From: an uncultured Lachnospiraceae bacterium
Lineage (GTDB): Bacteria > Bacillota > Clostridia > Lachnospirales > Lachnospiraceae
DNA: 64,000 nt
Direction of reading: 5' to 3'
Assembly (NCBI GenBank): GCA_946544235.1
Contig: CAMNMC010000077.1
Coordinates: 1,239-65,238 of the forward strand
Of this stretch, positions 10,043 to 20,601 are shown one piece after another. The translations under genes were made by a program, and so were the position numbers. How positions within the stretch are numbered: position 1 is the stretch's first letter; every line of letters starts with the position of its first letter. The notes beneath the pieces are model-generated. The model was not told the DNA's origin, ran no database searches, and was given only the letters and a program-made list of their open reading frames with translations.

Positions 10043-12382
10043 ATGATGGATACAGCTAATATTTTGAAAGAAATGACACTCGAGGAGAAGGCAAGACTGG
10101 TTGCCGGACGTGATATGTGGTGTACCTTTGATATCGACAGACTCGGACTTCCGAGCATTATGATGAGCGACGGCCCTCACGGTCTGAGAAAGATGTTTCC
10201 TGCCGAGGGTAAGAAGGAGAATTATGGCGAGGGAGGAACGATCAAAGCGGTATGCTTCCCGGCTGCCTGCGCAACATCAGCTTCATTTGACAGAAATATG
10301 ATGTACGAGATGGGCCAGACTCTTGGAAATGAGTGTCTTGCCGAGGATGTTCAGATCATACTCGGACCTGCGGTTAATGTTAAGCGTTCACCTCTCTGCG
10401 GAAGAAATTTTGAGTATGTATCGGAGGATCCATACGTTGCAGGTGAGCTTTCGGCAGCTTATATAAATGGTGTGCAGTCAAAGGGTGTCGGAACATCCAT
10501 CAAGCATTTTGCCGCAAATAATCAGGAGTTTGAGAGAATGTACGGCTCTTCGGAGGTTGATGAGAGAACTCTCAGGGAGATCTATCTTTCTGCTTTTGAG
10601 ACGGCTGTAAAGAAGGCTGATCCATGGACCTTCATGGCTTCCTACAATAAGATCAACGGCGAGTTTGCAAGTGAAAATAAATGGCTTCTTACAGATGTTC
10701 TTCGTGAGGACTGGGGCTACGAGGGACTTGTTATGAGTGACTGGGGAGCAGTTTCGAACCGTGTTAAGGGTATCGATGCAGGACTTGATCTTGAGATGCC
10801 GGGCAGCCACAGTGTCAATGAAGCAGCGATAGTTAAAGCTGTAAAGGACGGACAGCTTTCCGAGGAAGCACTCGATAAGGCTGTTCTGAATATACTGAAG
10901 CTTGTGAAGAGAGCAATCGACGGAAGAAGTTCGGCTCTGGGTATTTCAGAGGGTTCTGAGGCAGCTGATACAAAGGCTGTATTTGATCGTGAGGCTGATC
11001 ATAAGAAGGCTGTTGAATACGCCCGTAACTGTATAGTACTTCTTAAGAATGATTTCGAAGCACTTCCGCTCAGGAGAAATATCGGCAAGTCCGAAAGAGT
11101 GACCTTTATCGGTGAATTTGCCGAGAAGCCAAGATATCAGGGCGGCGGAAGCTCGCATATTGAGACGGATAATGTCAGCTCTGCGCTTGTATGCGCTGAG
11201 CGTTATGCCGAAAGATACGGAAATGTTGAATATTCAAAGGGCTTCCCTGCTGATGGTGATGTAACAAAGCAGGAGGAAATCGATAAGCTGATCGACGGTG
11301 CAATCAAGGCTTCGCAGAGTGCGGATAAGATAGTTGTATTTGCCGGTCTTCCGGATTCCTTTGAATCTGAGGGCTATGACCGTGAGCATATGAGACTTCC
11401 TGAGATACAGAACAAGGTTATAGAGGCTCTGCTCACTCTTGATAAGCAGGTTATCGTGGTTCTTCACAACGGTTCACCGGTTGAGATGCCATGGGCAGAC
11501 AAGGTTTCTGCAATCGTTGAGGCTTATCTTGGCGGCGAGGGTATCGGTGAGGCAGTTGTTGACGTTCTCTATGGTGCAGTCAATCCTTCAGGAAAACTTG
11601 CTGAGAGTATTCCGAAGAAGCTTTCGGACAATCCGAGCTATCTGAACTTCCCGGGAACCGGTCATAAGGTGAATTATGCAGAAGGTCTCTTTGTGGGCTA
11701 CAGATATTATGATTCAAAGGAGATGGAGGTTCTCTTCCCGTTCGGTCACGGACTTTCATATACAAGCTTCGAATACTCTGATCTTAAGGTTGTTGCTGAA
11801 AGCGATAAGAATACGGCAGTTGTGACCGTAAAGGTTACAAATACAGGCGATATGACCGGTAAGGACACCGTTCAGCTTTATATTTCCGACAAAACAGGTC
11901 TTGTTACGAGACCGGTTCATGAGCTGAAGGGCTTTGAGAAGGTTGAACTGAGATCCGGTGAAACCAAGACAGTAAGCTTTAAGCTGGATATGAGATCGTT
12001 TGCATATTATGATACCGACAGAAAGAACTGGGAGGTTCCTGCGGGTAAATACGTTATCGAGATCGCACATTCCTCTAAGGATATCGCTCTTACCGAGGAG
12101 ATAGAGCTTAAGGGAACGATAAGCTATGTTCCGAAGATCGATATGGATGTTCAGATTGGGGAACTTCTGAACTGTCCTCTGACTGCGGAATATACAAAGG
12201 AGGCGCTTACAAAATATGCTTCAGGCGGTTTTGGTGTAGATATGAATGCTCCGAATGCTGATGAAATAATTGCGGGCATACTCAGATTTATGCCGGTTCG
12301 TATCCTCAGAAACTTTGGAGGAATAACGAATGAGCAGATAGATGAGATCCTTGGTGAACTTAGAAAGCTGGTTGATCAATAA
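10043..12382 (+). CDS. GH3 beta-glucosidase with FnIII-like domain
   Basis: 'SDGPHGLR', 'GRNFEY.SEDP', 'KHFAAN', nucleophile 'MSDW', 'FPFGHGLSYT', 'ELKGF.KV'. AGGAGG SD before ATG 10043. Confidence 0.95.
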   Translation: MMDTANILKEMTLEEKARLVAGRDMWCTFDIDRLGLPSIMMSDGPHGLRKMFPAEGKKENYGEGGTIKAVCFPAACATSASFDRNMMYEMGQTLGNECLAEDVQIILGPAVNVKRSPLCGRNFEYVSEDPYVAGELSAAYINGVQSKGVGTSIKHFAANNQEFERMYGSSEVDERTLREIYLSAFETAVKKADPWTFMASYNKINGEFASENKWLLTDVLREDWGYEGLVMSDWGAVSNRVKGIDAGLDLEMPGSHSVNEAAIVKAVKDGQLSEEALDKAVLNILKLVKRAIDGRSSALGISEGSEAADTKAVFDREADHKKAVEYARNCIVLLKNDFEALPLRRNIGKSERVTFIGEFAEKPRYQGGGSSHIETDNVSSALVCAERYAERYGNVEYSKGFPADGDVTKQEEIDKLIDGAIKASQSADKIVVFAGLPDSFESEGYDREHMRLPEIQNKVIEALLTLDKQVIVVLHNGSPVEMPWADKVSAIVEAYLGGEGIGEAVVDVLYGAVNPSGKLAESIPKKLSDNPSYLNFPGTGHKVNYAEGLFVGYRYYDSKEMEVLFPFGHGLSYTSFEYSDLKVVAESDKNTAVVTVKVTNTGDMTGKDTVQLYISDKTGLVTRPVHELKGFEKVELRSGETKTVSFKLDMRSFAYYDTDRKNWEVPAGKYVIEIAHSSKDIALTEEIELKGTISYVPKIDMDVQIGELLNCPLTAEYTKEALTKYASGGFGVDMNAPNADEIIAGILRFMPVRILRNFGGITNEQIDEILGELRKLVDQ

Positions 12383-12485
12383 ACCGGACGGATCTTTTGG
12401 GATTCAAGTGGCGGAAAAGTCCTGCTTTGTTGAAGCATCAGCAAAGAAAACGATGGTGTTGGTATAAAAATGGCTCCATCGACTG

Positions 12486-12947
12486 TTATAAGTTTGATAA
12501 TTTAATATCGTAAATATGTTCCAGAGGGATGCGTTCGTTGATGATACGGATGTATCCCTCTTCGAGTTTTATTCTGGCAACGGTTCCGGTGATCTTCTCG
12601 CAGAGAATGTAAGATTCGGAAGCGTTATCAGATGTTCTGGTGTTATCAGATTGTGATTTTTTCGTGCGAATGGTGACCTCGACCATATCACCGGGAGAGA
12701 GGCGATGAAGGATTTGGTTGATCTCTTCCTCACGCTCAGGGGATATGTCAGTGTCGGGAACGGGCACGGTTATTCTTGAGGACAGAGCTTTATTCAGACC
12801 CCGCAGGGCTGAGAAAGGCGCAAAGATCTTAGCACGCTCGTAGGGATCCATCTTCGGATGAACCGAACTGAAGTGGTCATCCACGTGCACCGGGCGCTCT
12901 TTATCTATGATATCTCTGTATTTTTGTCTTGTGGCTTGTCTGTCCAT
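12486..12947 (-). CDS. YolD-like protein (UmuD functional analogue)
   Basis: 'HPKM...RAKIFAPFSALRG' signature; lies downstream of a Y-family polymerase. Confidence 0.8.
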   Translation of the reverse strand: MDRQATRQKYRDIIDKERPVHVDDHFSSVHPKMDPYERAKIFAPFSALRGLNKALSSRITVPVPDTDISPEREEEINQILHRLSPGDMVEVTIRTKKSQSDNTRTSDNASESYILCEKITGTVARIKLEEGYIRIINERIPLEHIYDIKLSNL

Positions 12948-13098
12948 GATATGCCTCTATCTATAAATGTATCTTATTGTGCTGTGTACATACTGACATG
13001 TATGTATATTACCGAGGATGCATTTTCCGGCATGTGAGGTAATGTTCATACATGTGTTCTGCGTGTTCCGGACTATAACTAATACATGGCAGGTCGGG

Positions 13099-14544
13099 TT
13101 ATTGCTCATCGTCCCTGTAAGCTCTGTGCCCGCCGATCTGGCCGTTTCTTTCGCGCGCGGTAGCTCCCTCGATATAGCTTGTGCCGCGGAGAACGGCGTT
13201 ACTGCCGAAACGTTTCTTGATGGAAAGCATGGCCTCCTGGAGGCTCCGTTCCTCCTTCAGCTTCTCCGGAGATGTGAACATATCAAACTGATATGAACCT
13301 TCCTCCTCCGGGAGGACGTTATTTGCGGTGACATTCAGTCGGCGAACTGTGAGGTTCTTGTTGATTATCCGGTCGAAAACCTCAAGACCGGCATCCATAA
13401 TCTTCTTACCCGAACTGGTGTGGGTTCCGAGGCGTCCGATACCGTGGCCGTGCTTTGGGATATTTCTGCCGTAACGGTCAATATGGGTTTCGCCGGTGTA
13501 GAGCCCGTTATCCACGGTCTCTTTGTCATATCCGATATCTATTCCTATTGAATCGGTTACAAGTCCCTTGTCGACAAGGTCGAGTATCAGTCCGTCCAGC
13601 ATTTCTATGATGATTATGCGGGCTTTTTCAGCACTGTATGGCGTCGAGAGAACCTGTCCGGAGCTTACGCTGCGGTTGCCTGCCTTGTAATTCTTGATAT
13701 GCTTCATAAGTGTCGGCTCGATTCCCCAGGCATGGTCGATCAGAAGCTCGGCATCTATTCCAAATATATTATAAAGCCTGTTCTCGTTGATCAGACTCAT
13801 CCTTGCGACATCGCCCATGGTGAACATACCATTCTCGGCCAGTCTTCTTGCGGTTCCGGAGCCGATACGCCAGATATCGGTGATCGGAGTATAATTCCAC
13901 ATGGTCTCGCGGTAGCTCATCTCGTCAAGCTCAGCAATCCTCACGCCGTCCTTGTCTGCTTCCTGATGCTTGGCTACAACATCCATGGCAACCTTGGCGA
14001 GATAGAGGTTGGTGCCTATTCCTGCGGTTGCGGTAATTCCTGTAGTGGAAAGTACATCACGTATCATTCGTATGGCCAGCTCGTGTGCAGTCAGACCATA
14101 GAGCGGAAGATAGTCGGTCACATCCATAAATACTTCATCGATGCTGTAGACATGCATATCCTCAGGGGCGAGGTATTTCAGATAAACCGCATAAATATCC
14201 GATGAAATCTTCATGTAATGAGCCATCTGAGGCGGTGCAATGATAAAGTCGACATGCTCGCCGGTGGTGGCTTCAACCTCGCGGAGACGCTGTTTAACCT
14301 CATAGAGACGCGCTCTTCCGGCGATTCCGTAGGCCTTGAGGGCAGGGGTGACCGCCAGACAGATGGTCTTGTCTGTTCTTGACTCATCGGCAACCACGAG
14401 CTTTGCGGTAAGGGGGTCGAGGCCTCTTTCGCGGCATTCCACGGAGGCATAGAAGGATTTCAGATCTATGCAGACATAGCGGCGGTTTTCGCGTATGGAA
14501 TTGTGTGATTTGATATGTTCCATGCTGGTCTCCATATTAGTCAT
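13099..14544 (-). CDS. umuC: Y-family DNA polymerase (ImpB/MucB/SamB, UmuC-like)
   Basis: 'CIDLKSFYASVEC', 'YSIDEVFMD', 'TAGIGTNLYLAK', C-terminal 'IGGH'. The true start may be slightly downstream. Confidence 0.9.
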   Translation of the reverse strand: MTNMETSMEHIKSHNSIRENRRYVCIDLKSFYASVECRERGLDPLTAKLVVADESRTDKTICLAVTPALKAYGIAGRARLYEVKQRLREVEATTGEHVDFIIAPPQMAHYMKISSDIYAVYLKYLAPEDMHVYSIDEVFMDVTDYLPLYGLTAHELAIRMIRDVLSTTGITATAGIGTNLYLAKVAMDVVAKHQEADKDGVRIAELDEMSYRETMWNYTPITDIWRIGSGTARRLAENGMFTMGDVARMSLINENRLYNIFGIDAELLIDHAWGIEPTLMKHIKNYKAGNRSVSSGQVLSTPYSAEKARIIIIEMLDGLILDLVDKGLVTDSIGIDIGYDKETVDNGLYTGETHIDRYGRNIPKHGHGIGRLGTHTSSGKKIMDAGLEVFDRIINKNLTVRRLNVTANNVLPEEEGSYQFDMFTSPEKLKEERSLQEAMLSIKKRFGSNAVLRGTSYIEGATARERNGQIGGHRAYRDDEQ

Positions 14545-14679
14545 GCAGGTGTTGCTGTTATGCTGGTCGTTGGCTGCACGTTGAAACGCTTCTACTGATC
14601 ATCAACAATTTGTAGAACTACGCTGCTATTTGAAATATCTGTCGGATATCAGTTATACGAATGATCAGATTGTCGCAAA

Positions 14680-14723
14680 CGAATGTATGTTCGCATTATA
14701 ACATAACAGAATCTGTAAGTCCA
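14680..14723 (-). promoter_or_regulatory. SOS (LexA/Cheo) box and sigma-A promoter of umuC
   Basis: Minus strand TGGACT-17-TATAAT (TG extended) followed by CGAACATACATTCG, one mismatch from CGAAC-N4-GTTCG. Confidence 0.8.
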
Positions 14724-14880
14724 AGAGAAACATCAAAAAAACAGGTATGAATGGTGAAAAATGTTATAGAATATGCCGGAAGAATAATAAACGTAAATTG
14801 ATTTATTGCCAAATATGTTTTAGAATAGATAACGTGTGTTATTATGTGTCAGAAACAGTGAAACATGGAGGCAGATAACG

Positions 14881-15432
14881 ATGTCTATAGTATTTGAAAC
14901 AGAAAGACTTATGATAAAAACATCCGACTCTGATATGACGGCGCAGGTGCTTAAGTATTACGGTGATAACAGGGCTTTTTTTGAGAAATATGAGCCGTCA
15001 CGGGATGATAGCTATTATACAATGGATTACCAGAGAGCACTGCTCATGCAGGAAGAGAGAAATATGGCAAACCTGACAGGCGCCTACTATTATTATTACC
15101 TGAAGAAGGATCCGGAGCACATCATAGGCTCGATCAGCTTCTCAAGGATAAGAAAGGAGCCGTATGCAAGTACCATATTTGGCTATAATATAGACGAGAG
15201 ATTTCAGGGGCAGGGCTACTGCACTGAGGCCTGCAAAGCATCGATAGAGCATGTATTTACACTGGTTCCGATCCACAGGATCGAGTCACGTGCATTGATG
15301 GATAATCAGAAGTCAATCCGTGTGCTTGAGAGGCTGGGCTTTTTCTATGAGGGCTTTGAGAAGGCAAGCATACTTATCAACGGAGAATTTCGTGATCATA
15401 ACAGATATGCACTTTTAAACGAGGAATACTAG
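14881..15432 (+). CDS. RimJ/RimL-type GNAT acetyltransferase
   Basis: 'FETERL', 'FQGQGYCTEA', 'N.KSIRVLERLGF..EG', 'NGEFRDH..YALL'. GGAGG SD before ATG 14881. Confidence 0.9.
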   Translation: MSIVFETERLMIKTSDSDMTAQVLKYYGDNRAFFEKYEPSRDDSYYTMDYQRALLMQEERNMANLTGAYYYYYLKKDPEHIIGSISFSRIRKEPYASTIFGYNIDERFQGQGYCTEACKASIEHVFTLVPIHRIESRALMDNQKSIRVLERLGFFYEGFEKASILINGEFRDHNRYALLNEEY

Positions 15433-15433
15433 G

Positions 15434-16237
15434 ATGAAAGCCATATGTCTAGATGATGAAGAATTGATAATGAACCTCACGGTTTCGATGTGCAGGGAGA
15501 TTAAGCATATTGACAGGGTTGATGGGTTTACGGAGGTTAAGGAAGCACTGGAGTGGCTGGAAACTCATCCGGTGGATATAGCCATCCTTGACATCGATAT
15601 GCCGGAAATGAATGGTATCAGTCTTGCGCTTCTTCTTAAAATGAAGAATCCGGATATTTCTATCATATTTGTGACCGGTTTCCCGGAATATGCCGTGGAC
15701 GCCTTCAAGATGCATGCGTCCGGCTATCTTATGAAGCCTATCAGTAAAGACAGGCTTGAGAAGGAGATAGAATTTGTTGCGGAAACAAGGAAGGTTGAAA
15801 GACCTTATGGTTCACACATTGTAGCAAAAACCTTCGGGGAGTTTGATATATTTGTTGATGGCAAGCTTGTTACCTTCAAGAGAGCAAAGTCCAAGGAGCT
15901 TCTCGCCTATCTTATAGACAGGCAGGGCGGAAGCGTTACAAGATCGGCTGTATTTTCCGTGCTCTGGGAGGAGAGGGACTACGACAGAACGATGCAGAAA
16001 CAGCTGGATGTCGTTATCAGAAGTCTTAAGGATACTCTGCAGGAATATGATATCAGTGAGATCCTCAGCATAGAACGTGGTTCGCTTGCGGTAAAGAAGG
16101 ACCTTATAGACTGTGATATGTACCGTTTCCTTAAGGGTGATACCGAGGCTATCAACAGCTTCCGTGGAGAATATATGAATTCCTACTCATGGGCAAGCAT
16201 TACGGAGGGCTTTGTAACGAGTCTGCTTAATTCGTGA
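15434..16237 (+). CDS. Response regulator, REC + SARP/OmpR-like wHTH
   Basis: 'LDDE', 'LDIDMP', 'VTG', 'KP', then 'KTFGEFDIF...KSKELLAYL...LW' SARP-type DNA-binding domain. Confidence 0.9.
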   Translation: MKAICLDDEELIMNLTVSMCREIKHIDRVDGFTEVKEALEWLETHPVDIAILDIDMPEMNGISLALLLKMKNPDISIIFVTGFPEYAVDAFKMHASGYLMKPISKDRLEKEIEFVAETRKVERPYGSHIVAKTFGEFDIFVDGKLVTFKRAKSKELLAYLIDRQGGSVTRSAVFSVLWEERDYDRTMQKQLDVVIRSLKDTLQEYDISEILSIERGSLAVKKDLIDCDMYRFLKGDTEAINSFRGEYMNSYSWASITEGFVTSLLNS

Positions 16238-16329
16238 CAGCGGGATATGTTTCATACGCTGAATAAAAACATTAATAACAGAATGCATATCAGGGAATTT
16301 TGATATGTGTTATAAAAAGGTAATCATTA

Positions 16330-17586
16330 ATGGATAATTTACTTGAAAATGACCTTATGCGGCTTCTGCCGCTTCTCCTTGAAATGGTAGGTCTGACCTT
16401 TGCGGTACTGATCGATCCATATCTGAATAAAAGATATAAGAGAGGCATGATCGTTATCATACTTCTGATAATCAGCCTGGTAATGCAGAACTTCGCGGAA
16501 TACATCCTGAGCGATCATATCGCCATGCCTGAGCTGAGGACAGGGGTGTCTTTTTATGGTTACTGTGTCAGACCTGTAATTCTCGCACTCTTTTTCTACA
16601 TAGTAGAGCCGCCGAAGCACGGACGTATAATCTGGGGGCTGGTGATACTGAACGGACTCATTCACAGCACGACCTTCTATACGGATATATGTTTTACGAT
16701 CAGTTCGGACAATCATTATATGAGAGGAAGTCTCGGCTATACCTGCCATATTATCAGCGGAATACTGCTTCTTCAGCTCCTGTTTGTTACGATATGGAAG
16801 ATGAAGAGCGACAGGAAGATAGAGAACCTTATCCCCTTCATTAATGTAATAGTGATAGTTATATCGGTTGTGATGGATTCGGTCATACCACCCGGAAATT
16901 CTTCGACAACCTATCTTACGATCGCGATAGTCTGCTGTACCGTATTTTACTATATATGGCTGCATCTTATGTTTGAGAGACAGCATGAGAAGGCGATTCA
17001 GGCGGATCAGAGGATTAAGATCATGATGAGCCAGATCCAGCCGCATTTCCTGTATAATACACTTTCAACAATTCAGGCGCTCTGCAAGATCGATCCTGAC
17101 AAGGCCTTCGATACTACGGAGAAGTTCGGAATATATCTCCGTCAGAATATCGACTCACTCAGTAAGTCCGACCTTATCCCTATCGATACGGAGATTGAAC
17201 ATACGCGTATTTATTCAGAGATAGAAGCCACGAGATTTCCGAATATTCATATTGATTTTGATATCGAGGACAGTGCGTTTGATCTTCCTGCACTTACGAT
17301 TCAGCCGCTGGTGGAGAATTCCATCCGTCACGGCGTTCGTATCCGTAAGGATGGCCGTGTATTTATAAGTACCAAAAATACCGGCGATTTCCACGAGATC
17401 CTGATATCTGACAACGGCAAGGGCTTTGATGTGTCGAAGCTGGAAAATATGAGCGGTACCCATATCGGTCTCGCAAATGTGCGTGAACGTATCAGAGAGA
17501 TGTGCGGCGGCGATATGATCATAGTAAGTGAAGAGGGTGAGGGAACCACCATAACCATCAGGATTCCTGTTACAGGTGCGAAATGA
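16330..17586 (+). CDS. LytS/YehU-type membrane histidine kinase
   Basis: About 6-7 TMs, 'SQIQPHFLYNTL', 'LTIQPLVENSIRHG', 'DNGKGF', 'HIGLANV'. Confidence 0.92.
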   Translation: MDNLLENDLMRLLPLLLEMVGLTFAVLIDPYLNKRYKRGMIVIILLIISLVMQNFAEYILSDHIAMPELRTGVSFYGYCVRPVILALFFYIVEPPKHGRIIWGLVILNGLIHSTTFYTDICFTISSDNHYMRGSLGYTCHIISGILLLQLLFVTIWKMKSDRKIENLIPFINVIVIVISVVMDSVIPPGNSSTTYLTIAIVCCTVFYYIWLHLMFERQHEKAIQADQRIKIMMSQIQPHFLYNTLSTIQALCKIDPDKAFDTTEKFGIYLRQNIDSLSKSDLIPIDTEIEHTRIYSEIEATRFPNIHIDFDIEDSAFDLPALTIQPLVENSIRHGVRIRKDGRVFISTKNTGDFHEILISDNGKGFDVSKLENMSGTHIGLANVRERIREMCGGDMIIVSEEGEGTTITIRIPVTGAK

Positions 17587-17666
17587 TATTTACGGACGGC
17601 TGGGACCATGTGATTCGGGGCTGACTGTTTATATATAATGAAAGAAGGAGAATTAATGTTAAATCA

Positions 17667-17700
17667 TGTTGGACATTTGTTGGACAGTTATAGTTACCAT
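17667..17700 (+). promoter_or_regulatory. Direct-repeat activator site plus -10 upstream of the second response regulator
   Basis: TGTTGGACA-TT-TGTTGGACA-N8-TACCAT. The 23 bp at 17665-17687 are identical to 48771-48793. Confidence 0.65.
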
Positions 17701-17742
17701 AATGTCTGAAACATGAAGTAGTGTGCGAAGAGAGGTTATATT

Positions 17743-18546
17743 ATGATTACAATTTCAGTTGATGATCAGAAAAATGTATCCGATGAGATCGTAAAGATTA
17801 TGGGTGAGATCGATCCGTCGGGAAGCCACAGCGCCTTCATGGATCCTAAGAAGGCTCTTTCCTTTATTAAGGATAATCAGCCGGATGTGGCATGGCTCGA
17901 TATAGAGATGCCGGGTATGTCCGGACTTGAGCTTGCCATGGAAGTTAAAAAGGCATCGCCGAAGACAAATATCATATTTGTTACGGGCTACGAGAAGTTT
18001 GCCTACGATTCCTTCCAACTTCATCCAAGCGGATTTATTCTTAAGCCTGTAACAAGAGAGGCTATGGAAAGAGAGCTTTCGAACCTGAGAAATCCGGTTA
18101 AAAGAGAGGGGAATGGCATCATCCGAGTTCAGTGCTTCGGTAATTTCGAAGTATTTGACAAGGAGGGAAAGCCGGTTACATTCAAAAGGAGTAGATCCAA
18201 GGAGCTTCTTGCGTATATGATCGATAGGCGTGGGGCTATGTGTTCGGCAGGAGAGCTCTGCGGGATACTCTTTGAAGACAGAGACGATGTTAATGCTTTA
18301 AAGAAGCAGCTCAGAGTTTTCATGTCAAGTCTTCGTGACGACCTGAAGAAATGCAATGCGGAAAACATTCTTGTTAAGGGCTGGAATGCCTATGGTGTTG
18401 ACTGCAAGCTTGTTGACTGTGATTATTTCGACTATGTCAAGGGTGACAGCTACGCTGTAAACTCCTTCCTGGGCGAATATATGCTCCAGTATTCATGGGC
18501 AGAGATGACACTCGGTGAGCTCCTGATGAAACCGGAGAGTTATTGA
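17743..18546 (+). CDS. Response regulator paralog, REC + SARP-like wHTH
   Basis: 'VDDQ', 'LDIEMP', 'VTG', 'KP', 'QCFGNFEVF...RSKELLAYM'. Same length (267 aa) as the 15434 paralog. Confidence 0.9.
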   Translation: MITISVDDQKNVSDEIVKIMGEIDPSGSHSAFMDPKKALSFIKDNQPDVAWLDIEMPGMSGLELAMEVKKASPKTNIIFVTGYEKFAYDSFQLHPSGFILKPVTREAMERELSNLRNPVKREGNGIIRVQCFGNFEVFDKEGKPVTFKRSRSKELLAYMIDRRGAMCSAGELCGILFEDRDDVNALKKQLRVFMSSLRDDLKKCNAENILVKGWNAYGVDCKLVDCDYFDYVKGDSYAVNSFLGEYMLQYSWAEMTLGELLMKPESY

Positions 18547-18610
18547 TTGTTTGATTATGCGTAGTGGCACATCTGTCAGATGCGCGGACTATATAAGGTA
18601 GGAATAAGCA

Positions 18611-19354
18611 ATGTCAGCAAAACCCGATCTGCGAGCACTCAGAGTGCTTCCATATATAACGGCCGCCATCATAGTGATGACTCATCTTGCGGCTGTTGCC
18701 CTGTGTATACTGGCAATCAGAATGGTTGTGAACTCGGACACACAGGCATACAATTTCATAGGTATTTTTATATCATACAGTACATCATTTAAATATATTG
18801 TGATAATAGCCATGTTTGTCTGCCTCTACAGGCTTTCAGGGGTAACAAAATGGTTCTACTATTCGTGGATATGCTGCATCATATATATTGTTGCGGGACT
18901 GTTCACGCAGATAGTGGCATGGCTTACTACGATAACAGGTGAAGGAGTAGCTATATCATCGCTTTCTTTTATTCTTTCACTCTTTCCTGACGCCAGCGTG
19001 CTCTTTGCAATATATGCCCTGCTCAGAGGAGCGGAGGAAATATTCATAAATATAGACATGATGGATGGCAGAAGAGAAGCCTCCAAGGCCGGAAATCTGT
19101 GGATATTTGCTGAAACAGGCCTGCTGTCGTCGTATTATATTCTGTTTATTATATGTGCACTTGCACGTAAGATATTTAAGTTTGGCAAAGGTGATGTGCC
19201 GTTCGTTTTAACGATCCCGGCTTATGTGTTTACTGCTTTGCTTGCTGTTTCCATTCTTATGTATATCTATGCGGCGATTAAGGTCACCGGAACGGTGAGA
19301 AGAACGTGCTACGAGTATTATCTGTATGATTATAACAGCGGGGTGAGAGTATGA
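18611..19354 (+). CDS. Polytopic membrane protein (about 6 TM), unknown function
   Basis: Hydrophobic segments throughout; ATGA overlap with the downstream kinase. Confidence 0.75.
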   Translation: MSAKPDLRALRVLPYITAAIIVMTHLAAVALCILAIRMVVNSDTQAYNFIGIFISYSTSFKYIVIIAMFVCLYRLSGVTKWFYYSWICCIIYIVAGLFTQIVAWLTTITGEGVAISSLSFILSLFPDASVLFAIYALLRGAEEIFINIDMMDGRREASKAGNLWIFAETGLLSSYYILFIICALARKIFKFGKGDVPFVLTIPAYVFTALLAVSILMYIYAAIKVTGTVRRTCYEYYLYDYNSGVRV

Positions 19355-20601
19355 ATACAGAAGTATCAAATACTATAAACTCCTTCATAGTCATAGTCTC
19401 CGTTATTCTCGCCATCACTATACTTATCGTTTCGATAAGAATGAAAAATCACAGCTGGAGAATGAGCTGGTTTATTGCCTCACTGTGTGTTGCCATGGGA
19501 GGACTGAGGCTGCAGCTGACTCCGCTTAATATTTTCAATCATACCGATCCTGAAGGTTATATGACAAGCTCGCAGAGAGCACTGTCTTTCTATTCGGTAG
19601 TGGCACCGCTTTTCTGCATGTATTTCATCGAAAGCGAAGGCGAAGGAAGAGGTAAATGGGATAAGGCTTTCTGGATATTCATCCAGGGAACGCTGTCGGT
19701 TCTTATAACCATACTTCTTGTATTTAAGGGAATAGGCTACCTGCCGTATTTCATTTTTCTTATACAGTACATCATACTGATAACAATGCTTATGCTTTCG
19801 GATAAGGACATCAGGGAATGTCTGGGCTTTATCATAGGAATGTGTTTCCCGATGGCGGCGGCGCTTATCGGAATGACGAGATATCACCTGGATTTTATGG
19901 GCTTCGGTATCGTAATGCTTCTACTGATAGTTTTCTTCGGCTATCAGGTGGATGTAGAGAACGAGCTTCTTAAGAACAGGGTTGAGCTTTCGGAAAACAA
20001 GCTGGTAGTAATGATGGATCAGATTCATCCTCATTTCATATACAATTCACTGCAGCAGATAGCACTGCTCTGTGATCAGGATCCGGACAGGGTTAAACCG
20101 GCTATACTTACATTTTCGGGATATCTTCGTAAGAATTTTGAATCGCTTACGGATACCGGAATGATCACCTTTGACACGGAAATGGAACATGTGGACATGT
20201 TTATTGCGCTTGCCCAGGTACTTCCATCGAGACGTTTTGAGGTTGAAAAGCGTTTTGAGGTTACTGATTTCTCGATACCGGCGCTTACGGTTCAGCCGCT
20301 TGTTGAAAATGCGATCAAATACGGTATCGGAATGAGTACCGAAGGAAGCAAGCTTCTTATTGAAACCAAGGAGGAGAACGGCTTCATCCTGATCAAGGTT
20401 ATTGATGACGGACACGGCGGTTCAACCGAGCTTCCTGAGCAGAAGAAGAAAAAGAGCATCGGAACGGCTAATGTCAAGACCAGACTGAAGGTTCTTTGTG
20501 ACGGAGTATTTATCATAAATAAGCTTGCGCAGGGCACGGAGGCAATCATTAAGATTCCGGCTGCCAAAGCAAGATCGGCTGAAGGCACTGCTAAACAGTA
20601 G
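19351..20601 (+). CDS. LytS/YehU-type membrane histidine kinase (second)
   Basis: About 7 TMs, 'DQIHPHFIYNSL', 'LTVQPLVENAIKYG', 'DDGHG'. Confidence 0.9.
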   Translation: MNTEVSNTINSFIVIVSVILAITILIVSIRMKNHSWRMSWFIASLCVAMGGLRLQLTPLNIFNHTDPEGYMTSSQRALSFYSVVAPLFCMYFIESEGEGRGKWDKAFWIFIQGTLSVLITILLVFKGIGYLPYFIFLIQYIILITMLMLSDKDIRECLGFIIGMCFPMAAALIGMTRYHLDFMGFGIVMLLLIVFFGYQVDVENELLKNRVELSENKLVVMMDQIHPHFIYNSLQQIALLCDQDPDRVKPAILTFSGYLRKNFESLTDTGMITFDTEMEHVDMFIALAQVLPSRRFEVEKRFEVTDFSIPALTVQPLVENAIKYGIGMSTEGSKLLIETKEENGFILIKVIDDGHGGSTELPEQKKKKSIGTANVKTRLKVLCDGVFIINKLAQGTEAIIKIPAAKARSAEGTAKQ

